Source: a virus. From it: 64,000 nucleotides of DNA. Below the pieces are notes generated by a model. The model saw nothing but the letters and a program-made list of their open reading frames with translations. It did no database searches and was not told where the DNA came from. This document shows positions 9,231-18,990 of this stretch, piece by piece; position 1 is the first letter of the stretch, and each line of letters starts with the position of its first letter. A program made the translations under genes and the position numbers. The stretch covers positions 49,906-113,905 of IMG/VR virus record IMGVR_UViG_3300013093_000001. The stretch is one strand, 5' to 3'.

Positions 9231-9620
9231 CTAGCCACAATGCCACCGCAGCATTTGAGAATAGTTGACGCAACCCTCTGCGTAACCCTCGGTATACATT
9301 TCCGCTCTCTGCTGGTCGTATTGCCGCTCCGACTCCTTGTACTGCGCGAGCAGTTCAGGCGACAGACGTGACTCGTCAACAGTCAACAAAACTCGCTGAC
9401 CATTGCACACAGAGCAAAGCGCATCATAGACACCCGACTTGTAATCCTGCCAAAAGTCGGGGTCTTGATCGTACATTTCATCCTGGGTCATACCGCCCTC
9501 CCAGCAATCATGCACACCGCGACCTTCACAACGCCAGCAGACCTCGTACTTGTCGGGCAAGTTGACGCTCGTCGGTCCGTCTTCGCTGTTTGCGTCGGTA
9601 CCAAGCATCTGGTACTTCAT
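9231..9620 (-). CDS. DnaJ-type Zn-finger protein
   Basis: CWRCEGRG and CSVCNGQR. Confidence 0.75.
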   Translation of the reverse strand: MKYQMLGTDANSEDGPTSVNLPDKYEVCWRCEGRGVHDCWEGGMTQDEMYDQDPDFWQDYKSGVYDALCSVCNGQRVLLTVDESRLSPELLAQYKESERQYDQQRAEMYTEGYAEGCVNYSQMLRWHCG

Positions 9621-9694
9621 GCTTCTCTCCTCCTAACCGGGCTGGCTTGTGCCAGCCTCGCACCCTGGCCGGGTTCGACCCCGGCCAGGGCTCG

Positions 9695-9895
9695 TCAGGC
9701 CAATCCCCTGACGTACAGGTAACCCTTCACCCGTTCGGCCAGCTCGTAAGCGGAATCGATGATATCCAATTCGTTGGACGAATTGTCATACCGCTCGTAA
9801 AACTGGTTCAGCGCAGCCACGACCGCCTTTGCGTCGTATTCTTGCCGCTCCTGCATAATCGGCAATGACTGCGGCGACCACCAGTGGCCGCTCAC
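9695..9895 (-). CDS. hypothetical protein
   Basis: coupled ORF between repeats. Confidence 0.6.
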   Translation of the reverse strand: MSGHWWSPQSLPIMQERQEYDAKAVVAALNQFYERYDNSSNELDIIDSAYELAERVKGYLYVRGLA

Positions 9896-10098
9896 ATACC
9901 CGGCTTGAAGTCGAAGTACACACGCGGGTTGTGCGTGAACTCCATGACACCTTCGACACGGTCCGACTTCCGTCGGACCATGACGTATGGAGCAGAGAAG
10001 CCAATGACTTCAAATTCTGCCTGTAACTGCTCGGTGTCCCACGTCTGTCCCTCTGGCTTGCGACCAGAGTCGTAGTTGTGGATTTCAATACCTGACAT
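9892..10098 (-). CDS. hypothetical protein
   Basis: ATG after repeat SD; FEVIGFSAPYVMVRRKSD. Confidence 0.75.
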   Translation of the reverse strand: MSGIEIHNYDSGRKPEGQTWDTEQLQAEFEVIGFSAPYVMVRRKSDRVEGVMEFTHNPRVYFDFKPGM

Positions 10099-10179
10099 TT
10101 TTCCTCCTCCACTTGGGTCGGCCTGGTGCCGACCTCGCGCCGTGGTTGAGTTCGACCCCAACCACGGCAATTCTTAGTC

Positions 10180-10530
10180 TCAAACCCGCAGCGTAACAGC
10201 CTGCGGGTTCCTCAACCCAACCGCGAAGGTGTGGTCACCACCGACATCCGTATTACAATGACGGCAGTAGGTTGTAGCACCTACCACTGACAGCGCTGAT
10301 CGCACCCAGGCGAAATGATCGCCAACACACGGCAGGCAAACAGCGCCTCCAGGTTGACCGCACTCCTGCATTGCAATATGCGTTGCTTCCCGTTTGCCAC
10401 ACAGGCCACACCGAATTACCCCGCCAGCTACCTCAGCTAACGAATAAATCTCCCTGAGAGTTTCGATATATGCTTCACCCGTTTTCTCGCTGAGAGACTC
10501 AAGTAATTCTGCTATTAATTCTTCTCCCAT
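10180..10530 (-). CDS. Cys-rich Zn-binding protein
   Basis: three CxxC pairs; ATG after repeat SD. Confidence 0.7.
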   Translation of the reverse strand: MGEELIAELLESLSEKTGEAYIETLREIYSLAEVAGGVIRCGLCGKREATHIAMQECGQPGGAVCLPCVGDHFAWVRSALSVVGATTYCRHCNTDVGGDHTFAVGLRNPQAVTLRV

Positions 10531-10600
10531 GTTTCCTCCTCCTTGTGGCTGGTTGTCAGCCCCGTGCGCTGGCCGGGTAATGAACCCGGCCAGGGCTGTG

Positions 10601-10954
10601 TCATAGCCGCGACAGGACACCGTTAATTAGTTCTGCCACCGCATCCAACGTCACGCCACCAGACAATTTTAGCTTCTCAGCAACATAATCAGCGCTGACC
10701 GGACTGTCGAAGGTGTATGCCCCGCAGGACTTGACTGCAACGAATACCTGCCTGTGGTTGACATAACTGATCGTATTGCTGCCACCGACGTCGCAAGGCG
10801 ATGCAAACAAAATCCGCAGCGCAGTAGCCTGTCTATCCGTCCAAAGCAGAGCGACCGACCCGTAGTAATTCATATCGAACACCACGGCGTCGAATGTACC
10901 GTCGCTGTTGACAACCTGATTGTATTCGTCAAGCGTGTACTGCCGCTCACCCAT
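10601..10954 (-). CDS. hypothetical protein
   Basis: coupled ORF. Confidence 0.7.
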   Translation of the reverse strand: MGERQYTLDEYNQVVNSDGTFDAVVFDMNYYGSVALLWTDRQATALRILFASPCDVGGSNTISYVNHRQVFVAVKSCGAYTFDSPVSADYVAEKLKLSGGVTLDAVAELINGVLSRL

Positions 10955-11115
10955 CACTCTGGTCCGTTCGCCCAAAAATCCAGCAACTCAAGAATTCCGG
11001 TGAGGGCTTCGGCAATAGCTATCTGCGCGTGGTCCTGGCTAGTTGGACGCAAATCCGCACGCCCGTTTTTAGCCCAACCGATCCGCTCTCGCGCATTTTT
11101 CAGGTGTTGATTCAC
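10954..11115 (-). CDS. hypothetical protein
   Basis: GTG after repeat SD. Confidence 0.6.
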   Translation of the reverse strand: MNQHLKNARERIGWAKNGRADLRPTSQDHAQIAIAEALTGILELLDFWANGPE

Positions 11116-11186
11116 TTTTCCTCCAATCTGGTCCGGCATTTGCCGGACTCGTACCCCGGCCAGGTTCGACCCTGGCCGGGGCGTGT

Positions 11187-11648
11187 CTAGCTCGCTATGA
11201 CGCCGCTACCCTCGCAACGCAGGCAGGTCTGGTATCCCAGCGACTCGTGGTCGTAGTCAAACCATTGCGACCCTGGTTCAAGTTGCAGAAGCTTGCTGCG
11301 GTGCAATTCCTCGCTGTAGTTAAAGCCTTCGCCGCTGCAACCCGCGCAAGTGCGCTTGCCTGTCAACTGCAATTCCAGTTCGTAGACAATCGCCGCAACC
11401 TCACAGTTGCAAATATTGACGCTGTGATCGCAACCCAAATCGTCTGAGAGGTATTCAATCAACGACGCCACCAGCGCCTTGGGTACAGGTTGACTGTCAC
11501 CCCGCTCTGGGTGTTTTTCCATCTCAGCGCGGTAGTCAGCGATCTCAGTTCTGCGCATCAATGTCCAAGACGGACGTTCGATGGGGTCACTGACCCGCAA
11601 CGCCTCACTCAGCAGGACATTCTCAATTTCGACCCACTCAGTAGACAT
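11187..11648 (-). CDS. DnaJ-type Zn-finger protein
   Basis: CDHSVNICNC, CAGCSGEG, CLRCEGSG. Confidence 0.75.
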   Translation of the reverse strand: MSTEWVEIENVLLSEALRVSDPIERPSWTLMRRTEIADYRAEMEKHPERGDSQPVPKALVASLIEYLSDDLGCDHSVNICNCEVAAIVYELELQLTGKRTCAGCSGEGFNYSEELHRSKLLQLEPGSQWFDYDHESLGYQTCLRCEGSGVIAS

Positions 11649-11720
11649 CTCTCCTCCTAACTGGGCTGGCCTCTTGCCAGCCTCGTACCCCGGCCAGGTT
11701 CGACCCTGACCGGGGCTATT

Positions 11721-12119
11721 TCAACGAACCGTGAACGACACGGTCATTCCGTCACTCCTACGGTCTATCCTGTCACGCAAACGCGACAGCGAAGCAAACA
11801 GGTGTGCGTGTGGGACTGCTGCAACACCGAACCGTTTGAAACCACCTGGATCGTCAAACTCATCTGCTAAAAACGACTCCGTGTAGTAGTCCTCTGCGTC
11901 TTCGTCAACGTAGCGCACAACTAATCTCCTCACAGGCAACGGACTCAACTCAGCCAGCAACGGCTCCCACAAGCATTGATCGGCAGTGAACGTCACTTCG
12001 TTCTTCGGCCAGCCAAACGTGTCCCTCGGTCCTTCTGACACCCAAGACCAACCTAGCCCTACGGCCATAGTCCGTATGTTTGCTCGGTTTTTCTCTGCAA
12101 TCTCGTACTCGTACTGCAC
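11721..12119 (-). CDS. hypothetical protein
   Basis: fills one inter-repeat interval. Confidence 0.7.
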   Translation of the reverse strand: MQYEYEIAEKNRANIRTMAVGLGWSWVSEGPRDTFGWPKNEVTFTADQCLWEPLLAELSPLPVRRLVVRYVDEDAEDYYTESFLADEFDDPGGFKRFGVAAVPHAHLFASLSRLRDRIDRRSDGMTVSFTVR

Positions 12120-12200
12120 AGTTTTTTCCTCCTCCTAACTGGTCTGGCTCATGCCAGACTCGTACCCGGTACAGGTTCGACCCTGTACCGGGCGCTACCG

Positions 12201-12440
12201 CTAAACCTTCTGCTTACGCGGCTCAAACTCGGTCACAATCGGTTGCGTAGCAGACCCATGATGTGTCCAGTGGTAGTACCCCATCTGGTCAACACCAGTG
12301 AACTCTAAGGGTGGCGGGAACTCTACTAAAACATAGCCGTAACCCAACCGGGCACCTTGCTGCCGGAAGTTATGTTTGGCTTCCGACACGCTGCTGCCTC
12401 GACCCCAGCGGTTTTGACCCATCACAAGGAATGTGGACAT
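12201..12440 (-). CDS. hypothetical protein
   Basis: fills one inter-repeat interval. Confidence 0.7.
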   Translation of the reverse strand: MSTFLVMGQNRWGRGSSVSEAKHNFRQQGARLGYGYVLVEFPPPLEFTGVDQMGYYHWTHHGSATQPIVTEFEPRKQKV

Positions 12441-12516
12441 TCTTTCCTCCAATCTGACCCGACCTCTTGCCGGGTTCGCGTCCTAGCCAGGTTCGACCCT
12501 GACTAGGACTCCTTTA

Positions 12517-12762
12517 TTAGTCTTGGGTACCGTAGCTACCCAACCTGCCACGCAATTCTTTCAGCGTGTCAATCTCCCGCGTCAACTGGTTGGCGTGTGC
12601 TTTGGCGACTTCCAGCGCCGCGTTCCCAACCGCTCGGGTGATGTGCCTGAGCGTGGCATTGATGTGGCTGATGTCAGTGGACTGCCGCAACCACATCGCG
12701 TCCCGCAAGCAGCCATCCAACTCCAAAACCAAGTCGTTGATGGCGTCTTGTAAGTGCTCCAT
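12517..12762 (-). CDS. hypothetical helical protein
   Basis: fills one inter-repeat interval. Confidence 0.7.
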   Translation of the reverse strand: MEHLQDAINDLVLELDGCLRDAMWLRQSTDISHINATLRHITRAVGNAALEVAKAHANQLTREIDTLKELRGRLGSYGTQD

Positions 12763-12835
12763 TTTCCTCCTTCTAACTGGCTGACTCTTTGTCAGCCTCG
12801 TACCCCGGCCAGTTCTGACACTGGCCGGGGCCACC

Positions 12836-13366
12836 TCACGCCGCAAATGCGTCGTACCACACCTTCCGCTTGTCACCACAGCAAGGGCCATAAAACCACC
12901 CACGCCTATTAACTCTAAGCCGGTGCGCTGTCACGTTACCGTGACAGTAGAAGCAATGCGGGACCAGCTTACCGTCAGCTATCGTAAACTCTAGCTGCTG
13001 CCTCGGCTTATTGTTCCAGCCAACAAAGAACCTAAAAATTCTCAGGTGACTGGTATGACGCATCAAATGCAATGACCTTGCTAGCCTCGCTAACCGCAGC
13101 AGGGCTAAACCACCACCTGCCACGGGCAGTAACGCTGCCACAATGACACAAGCATCAAACACGTTCCAAAAAGACCGGAAGAAAAGCCTGGTAAACGCGA
13201 CACGAAGAGCCAGTTCACACGCAAAGAACAGCAAAACAGCGTTGTCCAGCCGCTCAAGTAATTCAGCGTTCGTGTCATCTACAAGGCTCCACGCCACCAG
13301 ACCAAGGTTGGTTAGAATTGCGACCATCACTACCCGGTCTAGCGGGGAAGACCTGTTGTGCGACAT
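12836..13366 (-). CDS. ion-transport-family voltage-sensor domain (S1-S4) without pore
   Basis: FACELALR (S2), FFRSFWNVFDACVI (S3), LLRLARLARSLHL (S4 RxxRxxR). Confidence 0.8.
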   Translation of the reverse strand: MSHNRSSPLDRVVMVAILTNLGLVAWSLVDDTNAELLERLDNAVLLFFACELALRVAFTRLFFRSFWNVFDACVIVAALLPVAGGGLALLRLARLARSLHLMRHTSHLRIFRFFVGWNNKPRQQLEFTIADGKLVPHCFYCHGNVTAHRLRVNRRGWFYGPCCGDKRKVWYDAFAA

Positions 13367-13422
13367 TTCTCATAAACCTCCTCCTAACATCCCCGACCCT
13401 GTGTCGGGGAAATCTGTGTGGG

Positions 13423-13539
13423 GAGGCGGCGGCGCAGGTACTGCGCCCGAGCCATGTAACCGGGCAAGGCAATCCTTGCTTCCATTGCCACCAAAAATGA
13501 ATGAAAACGGTGGGATGGTGAGTTTAACGCCGCCGCCTC
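13423..13539. ncRNA. structured RNA motif, copy A (CAGGTAC...TGAGTTTAA core)
   Basis: 12-bp closing stem GAGGCGGCGGCG/CGCCGCCGCCTC, internal hairpins. Confidence 0.65.
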
Positions 13540-13572
13540 AAGCCTCAAAAAGTTTGTGTGGAAAGGTGGTGG

Positions 13573-13693
13573 GGGGGCGGCGGCGCAGGTACTACACGCC
13601 CCGTAGTAAAAGGGCGCTTATTGGTAGTCCTTACTTTCCAATTTCCCACCAGCAAGGAACGAGAAATTGGTTGAGCTTAACGCCGCCGCCTCC
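13573..13693. ncRNA. structured RNA motif, copy B
   Basis: same closing stem and core, different internal stems. Confidence 0.65.
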
Positions 13694-13696
13694 AGC

Positions 13697-13939
13697 CTAT
13701 GCTGACCGCCGTGAAGCGGCCATCGTTCGTACCTTGCTGACCACCCAGCGGGTGAATTTTACAAGATAACGAACTGCTGTGACCAAGAACCACGCGAGGC
13801 AAGCGAAAATCAGCAGTTCAGACAACTTGCGATTCTTTCGCATAACGCTCAGTATCACTTCTCCAGCGATTAGCTGGACCGCGTTACTGCTCAGGTGCTT
13901 CGTCAGTTCTTCAAACTGGTTTGGTCGTTCAAGCAACAC
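13697..13939 (-). CDS. small membrane protein
   Basis: one TM helix; start after repeat SD. Confidence 0.6.
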   Translation of the reverse strand: MLLERPNQFEELTKHLSSNAVQLIAGEVILSVMRKNRKLSELLIFACLAWFLVTAVRYLVKFTRWVVSKVRTMAASRRSA

Positions 13940-14012
13940 CTTTCCTCCTCTCCTAAGCTGGCCTTATGCCAGCTTCGTGTCCAGCACGACTTCGACATCG
14001 TGCTGGACTTCC

Positions 14013-14378
14013 TTACTTGCGGTGACCGTGACCGGCGATGTTGTAATGACCGATATCACCACTTGATGTACCGGGTTGGTCGCTGCGGAACACGGAGGGA
14101 CATAAATTCGCCACCGCAATCAACACCGCCTCATCAGCGCGAACCCGCGTCAAATCACTGTTCAGCCACAGGTCATGTGCAATCTTATCGGCAGACGCGC
14201 CAGCGCCGATCTTACTGCAAATCATGTAACCCAATTGAAGCTGGCCGACAGAACCGCCATCGTTAATAAATCCAGCTTGGGACATGGCGCTTAAATAACT
14301 ACCATCATCCGCGTTCGCGATACCCTGCTGGCTTAACGTGAGCGCCAGAACAGCAGACACCGCTGCCTTTAAGACCAT
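14013..14378 (-). CDS. secreted DUF732-family protein
   Basis: signal peptide, DGSYLSAM..GYMIC..AVANLCP. Confidence 0.8.
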   Translation of the reverse strand: MVLKAAVSAVLALTLSQQGIANADDGSYLSAMSQAGFINDGGSVGQLQLGYMICSKIGAGASADKIAHDLWLNSDLTRVRADEAVLIAVANLCPSVFRSDQPGTSSGDIGHYNIAGHGHRK

Positions 14379-14458
14379 CTTTCCTCCTCCTTGTTCGGGC
14401 TATCTGACTGACAGCCGCCGCACTGGGTGGGATTTTGACATCCCACCCAGTCACCTTA

Positions 14459-14665
14459 CTACGAAAACTTCTTACCTGCCTGCAACCACATCATTGCTAT
14501 TACGTCGCATAATTCTGTACGACGCTCTGGCGTGACAGGCGGGTGCTTGGGATTCTCCCACCTCGCCATAATCTGCGCCGCGACCAGCAGCGTTAAGGGT
14601 GTGCGAACCGTTTCCCTGTCTGCTGCCGCCTGGTTCGCGAGCTCAGCCGCGTCTGTTTCGCTCAC
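14459..14665 (-). CDS. hypothetical protein
   Basis: coupled ORF. Confidence 0.6.
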   Translation of the reverse strand: MSETDAAELANQAAADRETVRTPLTLLVAAQIMARWENPKHPPVTPERRTELCDVIAMMWLQAGKKFS

Positions 14666-14979
14666 GCCTCAACCCGCTTAATAACGGGGGCACCTGTTGC
14701 CGGATCACGGTGACCTGTCGTCCACCCACTAGGGACCGCCGCCTGGGCATCATCAATAATTCTCTCAATGACACCCCAGCGGATCGTGTCCGCGTCGATT
14801 TCTTCCGGGTCCACCGGCTCGCTAAAATAAAGCTCCCACGACGCTTCAAGCTCTCCGTCTGAGATTGCTAGTATCTCCTGCATCTCTGCGGCATACGCGC
14901 CACCATCGTTGGCGACCTCATCAACAGCCTGACAGAACAGCATCAAACCCCTGACGTAGTCTTCGTCCATGTCGCTCAT
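14662..14979 (-). CDS. acidic hypothetical protein
   Basis: ATG after repeat SD. Confidence 0.7.
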   Translation of the reverse strand: MSDMDEDYVRGLMLFCQAVDEVANDGGAYAAEMQEILAISDGELEASWELYFSEPVDPEEIDADTIRWGVIERIIDDAQAAVPSGWTTGHRDPATGAPVIKRVEA

Positions 14980-15054
14980 TTCCTCCTCCAATCTGGTCCG
15001 ACCCTTGTCGGACTCGTACCCCAGTCAGCTTCGACACTGACTGGGGCCTGCGTG

Positions 15055-15552
15055 TCAGTAAACGCGAAAACCGCCATGCTTCGCAGCGGCCTCTAAAAAC
15101 GGGACAAAATCGACTAGCTGTTCTTCAATAGACTGATCTGTGTTGTCGGCGTAAAAATTGCTCGCCAACTCCATTTCAAACAGCTTCAGCGCCGACTGGC
15201 ATTCAACCTTGGTCACCCACCAACCATCATTACCGATGAGCTTGTGGATCGGTATGCCTGGACGCTCATCCCGACTGTCCCGGTAGTAACGATCAACAGC
15301 TGCAACGAAGTCACGCGCTTCCTGCGTGACAGGCTCCCGCGACCAGCCGTCCTCCGACGTAACCCAGTGGTTGTCGTCTGGACGCTCCGGTACCTGCCGC
15401 CAGTTGTCTTCACCAACCGCCTCAAAGGCCATGTTGCAGCGAAGCAGTGCTAACCGCAGGTTACCTTGGTTCCACATGTTTCTGCGGCAGTAGAATTCGT
15501 CGCCGTGCAGCGTTTTACCGTCCTCATCACAAACATACATGTCGTATCCCAT
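15055..15552 (-). CDS. hypothetical protein
   Basis: MGYDM..NDGWWVT..GGFRVY pattern. Confidence 0.75.
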   Translation of the reverse strand: MGYDMYVCDEDGKTLHGDEFYCRRNMWNQGNLRLALLRCNMAFEAVGEDNWRQVPERPDDNHWVTSEDGWSREPVTQEARDFVAAVDRYYRDSRDERPGIPIHKLIGNDGWWVTKVECQSALKLFEMELASNFYADNTDQSIEEQLVDFVPFLEAAAKHGGFRVY

Positions 15553-15636
15553 GTTTGCTGCTTCCTCCTCACTATGGTCCGACACCCTGCCGGACTCGTA
15601 CCCCGGCTAGCTATGACACTAGCCGGGGCCACCTAA

Positions 15637-16272
15637 CTACCTTCTTTGCGCTGGGTCAACGTAGCGATCTAACAGTCGCCACCCGAAACCCTCACACGCG
15701 AAGGGACGGTCACCGATAATTACTAAATCGCCGACCGACAAACTGCGGTTCCCGTCGTCCCTGTATTTCCTACCCCACGCAAACGCAGGGTTGTCGCGGT
15801 TCAGTTCACCAAAAACTTTCCCCAGTAATCGAAACTCTGGTTCAAATTTCCACTGCAACCGCTCCGGTCCGCGCAACGTGGGAATGAAATCAGGCTCATC
15901 CCAACTGACCGCTAAGACGAGCTGGTCGCCTGGGCGGTGACCGTACATAAAACACTCGGTGTTTTGGTTCAAATAGACCCTCACTTGCCGGTGTCTCTGT
16001 ACGCAGTCGGGACAAAGATCGTTACCTACAAGATTTTCGGCTTGTAGCCAACCATCAGTTTGCAACCCTTCCTGTATGACCGCGTCCCGGATTTTCTCAT
16101 CTTCAGCGTAGCTATCTACACCCCACACGGCGTGACACTCATCGCATTCGATGAATGTCTCCCGTATTTTGTCTGTCAAGTCCAAGGGAAAATTCTCCCT
16201 CACACAGTCGGGTGGTAGATATGCTGTGCTCACGTCGGGCGGGTAACCCCAAAGCGCATCGCCTCGGGTCAT
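15637..16272 (-). CDS. Zn-finger plus YodL-like domain protein
   Basis: CDEC..CPDC; RSLSVGDLVII. Confidence 0.65.
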   Translation of the reverse strand: MTRGDALWGYPPDVSTAYLPPDCVRENFPLDLTDKIRETFIECDECHAVWGVDSYAEDEKIRDAVIQEGLQTDGWLQAENLVGNDLCPDCVQRHRQVRVYLNQNTECFMYGHRPGDQLVLAVSWDEPDFIPTLRGPERLQWKFEPEFRLLGKVFGELNRDNPAFAWGRKYRDDGNRSLSVGDLVIIGDRPFACEGFGWRLLDRYVDPAQRR

Positions 16273-16378
16273 TGCCGCCAACCCTCGTCAGCAGTCATCT
16301 TCTATCCTCCTTTACCAAAGTCCGGCTCCTTGCCGGACTCGCACCCGGTACGGTTCTGACACCGTACCGGGCCTGTGT

Positions 16379-16789
16379 CTAGCCTTCTTTTAGCGCAGCA
16401 ACGCGCTCCGCTATGTCACACACCCACTCAACGCCAGGGATGTCGGTACCCAGCTCGTCTTCATCGACGTATGCCATGGAGTTGTCCGGGCTCCCGGTGT
16501 ACGCCACCACGGGCCGGTCCACGGACTTACGCCCGAAACCCGTCAGGCCAGCGCACCAAATCGGCTGGTACATTTTCTGCTGACCTATGCGCTCCTTGCC
16601 TGCTTCCAGGCAGGGCGTGCATATGTTGACGACAATGTCCTCGTGGTCAAACGAGTCCCAGAACGTCGCGCCGTAATGACCGTCGGTCCTGAAGACATTG
16701 GCTTCGTAAGGCTGGTTATCAGCCTCTATGAAGGCGTTTTGTAGTTTCTTACCGCACACGAAGCACGGTAAAAATGCCTCAACAGACAC
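16379..16789 (-). CDS. Zn-binding hypothetical protein
   Basis: CFVC..GHYG..ICTPC; GTG after repeat SD. Confidence 0.7.
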   Translation of the reverse strand: MSVEAFLPCFVCGKKLQNAFIEADNQPYEANVFRTDGHYGATFWDSFDHEDIVVNICTPCLEAGKERIGQQKMYQPIWCAGLTGFGRKSVDRPVVAYTGSPDNSMAYVDEDELGTDIPGVEWVCDIAERVAALKEG

Positions 16790-16862
16790 GCTTCCTCCTC
16801 TAACGGGTCGGCTGTCTGCCGACCTCGTACCCGGTATGGTGTTGAAACCATACCGGGCCTTT

Positions 16863-16979
16863 TTACCGCGACGTACAGGCAAGGGCACGACAATCAGCGC
16901 AGTAGGTTTTGCCGTAGGCGCTGATGTACGCAGTCAGCAACGTCAACGGATTGTCGCAATAAAAGCAGTGGATTAGCAC
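16863..16979 (-). CDS. 38-aa Zn-finger peptide
   Basis: AGGAGGAG SD; CFYC..YCADC. Confidence 0.55.
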   Translation of the reverse strand: MLIHCFYCDNPLTLLTAYISAYGKTYCADCRALACTSR

Positions 16980-17113
16980 TGGTGCTCCTCCTTATAACCA
17001 AAGTGCGACTCAGGCAGCGTCACGGTCAACTCACCGGCAAGAAAAGCTACGGCCTGTTCGCGACTGAGTCGCATCTTTTGGTACTCCCAAATGTCGCGCT
17101 CGTCGTACTCCAT
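16973..17113 (-). CDS. 46-aa hypothetical protein
   Basis: ATG after repeat SD. Confidence 0.55.
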   Translation of the reverse strand: MEYDERDIWEYQKMRLSREQAVAFLAGELTVTLPESHFGYKEEHQC

Positions 17114-17182
17114 TTCCTCCTCCAATCTGGTCAGCTTCTGCCAACCTCGTACCCCGGCCAGGTTCGACCCTGGCCGGGGCTT

Positions 17183-17542
17183 TCACGCCATCTGTTTACA
17201 CGTCCCATCTGCGCTGTGCTTATCCGGCGGCGTCCAGAAGTGTGTCAAACACCCATGTACCGACCTGAGATACCGTTCTACGTCGGGGTGATCTAATTCA
17301 TCTGCCGGGTTGTCGACACGAGAACAAATCTCATTCCACATGACGTCTTCCAACACCGACCCGGTGAATGCGTCTTGGCTCCTACGCCGCTGGTAATCAT
17401 GTACCAGCAACTCGTCGGACAACTCAATGACCTGATCATTGATGTCTTCTCTGACGCAGTCGCTCACCATACCCTGTAGCGGATTAGCACTGGACGGTAA
17501 ACCAAAACCCTCATAGGGTAAAGGCTGCCAATCTCCCTGCAT
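17183..17542 (-). CDS. hypothetical protein
   Basis: ATG after repeat SD. Confidence 0.7.
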   Translation of the reverse strand: MQGDWQPLPYEGFGLPSSANPLQGMVSDCVREDINDQVIELSDELLVHDYQRRRSQDAFTGSVLEDVMWNEICSRVDNPADELDHPDVERYLRSVHGCLTHFWTPPDKHSADGTCKQMA

Positions 17543-17618
17543 GTTTCCTCCTCCTAAACGGGCTGGCTTCTGCCAGCCTCGTGTCCGGTGTGGATTCGAC
17601 CCCACACCGGACCGTATG

Positions 17619-17867
17619 TCAATCTATGCCGCGCCACCACCGCATCGTAATGTCCAAGTTCCAGTCTCCAATCTCCCATTGCCACTGATCGCGTGGCAAT
17701 TCGGCCACGTTTATTTTCTCATCTTCAAACCTGTCGTCACACCACAGCTGGGCAGCGGCAATCGCCTTCTCCTCAGTTGAGTGAAGAGTGACGGAGATGT
17801 ACGGACCCTCTGCATAACACTCGGTGTCAACCAAGCAAATGGTTAGCACCCAGATATCCTGTTCCAT
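17619..17867 (-). CDS. hypothetical protein
   Basis: ATG after repeat SD. Confidence 0.7.
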   Translation of the reverse strand: MEQDIWVLTICLVDTECYAEGPYISVTLHSTEEKAIAAAQLWCDDRFEDEKINVAELPRDQWQWEIGDWNLDITMRWWRGID

Positions 17868-17952
17868 TTTCCTCCTCCAATCTGGTCGGCTTTTTGCCAA
17901 CCTCGTACCCACGTCAGGTTCGACCCTGACGTGGGCGCTCAGCGCTAGCTGA

Positions 17953-18393
17953 TCATTGGCGTGCAGCGTAGAACAATTCCACGCATGTGACTTCACGGAC
18001 CGGCTCTACCGTCAGGTAGGCCCAATCGACGAGGTACGCCAATGCGAAGCGCTCTGCGTCCCGCTGCGCCAATTCGCGCGTAGCGGCCTTGCCATACGCA
18101 ATCAGTTCTCCGTCATCAACGGTCCAAGCCTTTAGCCCTAAGTCCGGTTTGCCGGACAGATGACGAACGTACCAGGACCAGGGCCGGGGCCGCGGTCCAG
18201 GCGACAGCTGCTCAAAAAGCAGATCGGTTGCTGCCGCATCAGCGCTAGGCTGGTCATCGTCGCCTGGTGGGAACACTTGCGCGAGCAATTCAAAAGCAGT
18301 CATGTACTGATCGCCAACTTGACCCCCCGTAACCTCAGCGGTTTCGGGCGTCATGGTTGACCATTCCCACGGTACTTCTATCGTTATTTCCAT
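17953..18393 (-). CDS. hypothetical protein
   Basis: fills one inter-repeat interval. Confidence 0.7.
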   Translation of the reverse strand: MEITIEVPWEWSTMTPETAEVTGGQVGDQYMTAFELLAQVFPPGDDDQPSADAAATDLLFEQLSPGPRPRPWSWYVRHLSGKPDLGLKAWTVDDGELIAYGKAATRELAQRDAERFALAYLVDWAYLTVEPVREVTCVELFYAARQ

Positions 18394-18476
18394 GGTTGGT
18401 ACTTTCTCCCTCTAACTGGCTCGGCTTTTTGCCAAGCTCGCGTCCTGGTGTGGTTCGACCCACACCAGGACTCCTT

Positions 18477-18725
18477 TCAGTCCAGGTAACTCGCCACCAC
18501 GTCTTCGAATTCAGCTTCGCAGCAGTCACTCACGTCTTCGTAGTACGTTTCGAAGTCAATGATCGGACTCCAGCTAATTCCTGGGCGTGGACGTTCATGC
18601 TCTAGCGCAATCACGTCACATTCGGTGTTGCACTCTCTGCAAACCTGCGTCAGCGGTGGATTTAAGCGCCTTCGCAGCGCTTCCGCTTCCTGCATACGCA
18701 TCAAAAAGTCTTTCATGCGTGACAT
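18477..18725 (-). CDS. hypothetical protein
   Basis: CREC..SDCCEA. Confidence 0.7.
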   Translation of the reverse strand: MSRMKDFLMRMQEAEALRRRLNPPLTQVCRECNTECDVIALEHERPRPGISWSPIIDFETYYEDVSDCCEAEFEDVVASYLD

Positions 18726-18803
18726 TTTTCCTCCTCCAAGGTGGGCATGGCTATTTGCCACGCCTCGTGCCCCGGCCAGGTTCGACCCTGGCCGGGGCTA
18801 GGT

Positions 18804-18990
18804 GCGACGCAGGTACAGTACGCCAGAGGATAGCTGGCGGTCACTCGGGCCGCATCGCAACATGGCTATGCGCGACCTGAGTGGACTGTCCTTGCATTCC
18901 CGCTCCAAAGGGAGCAATCTTACCGCCGAGAAATTGGGCACTCGGCCTCTGCGGCAAGCAAAAACCTTCGGGGGGTGAGTTTAACGTCGC
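18804..18990. ncRNA. structured RNA motif, copy C, occupying a whole inter-repeat slot
   Basis: GCGACG CAGGTAC ... TGAGTTTAA CGTCGC; no credible ORF; upstream repeat has a degraded SD. Confidence 0.65.

Noticed and set aside
13423-13693. Hammerhead, twister or hairpin ribozyme, or attC
   Set aside because: Catalytic consensus motifs not found; GTTAAAC lies at the wrong end for attC
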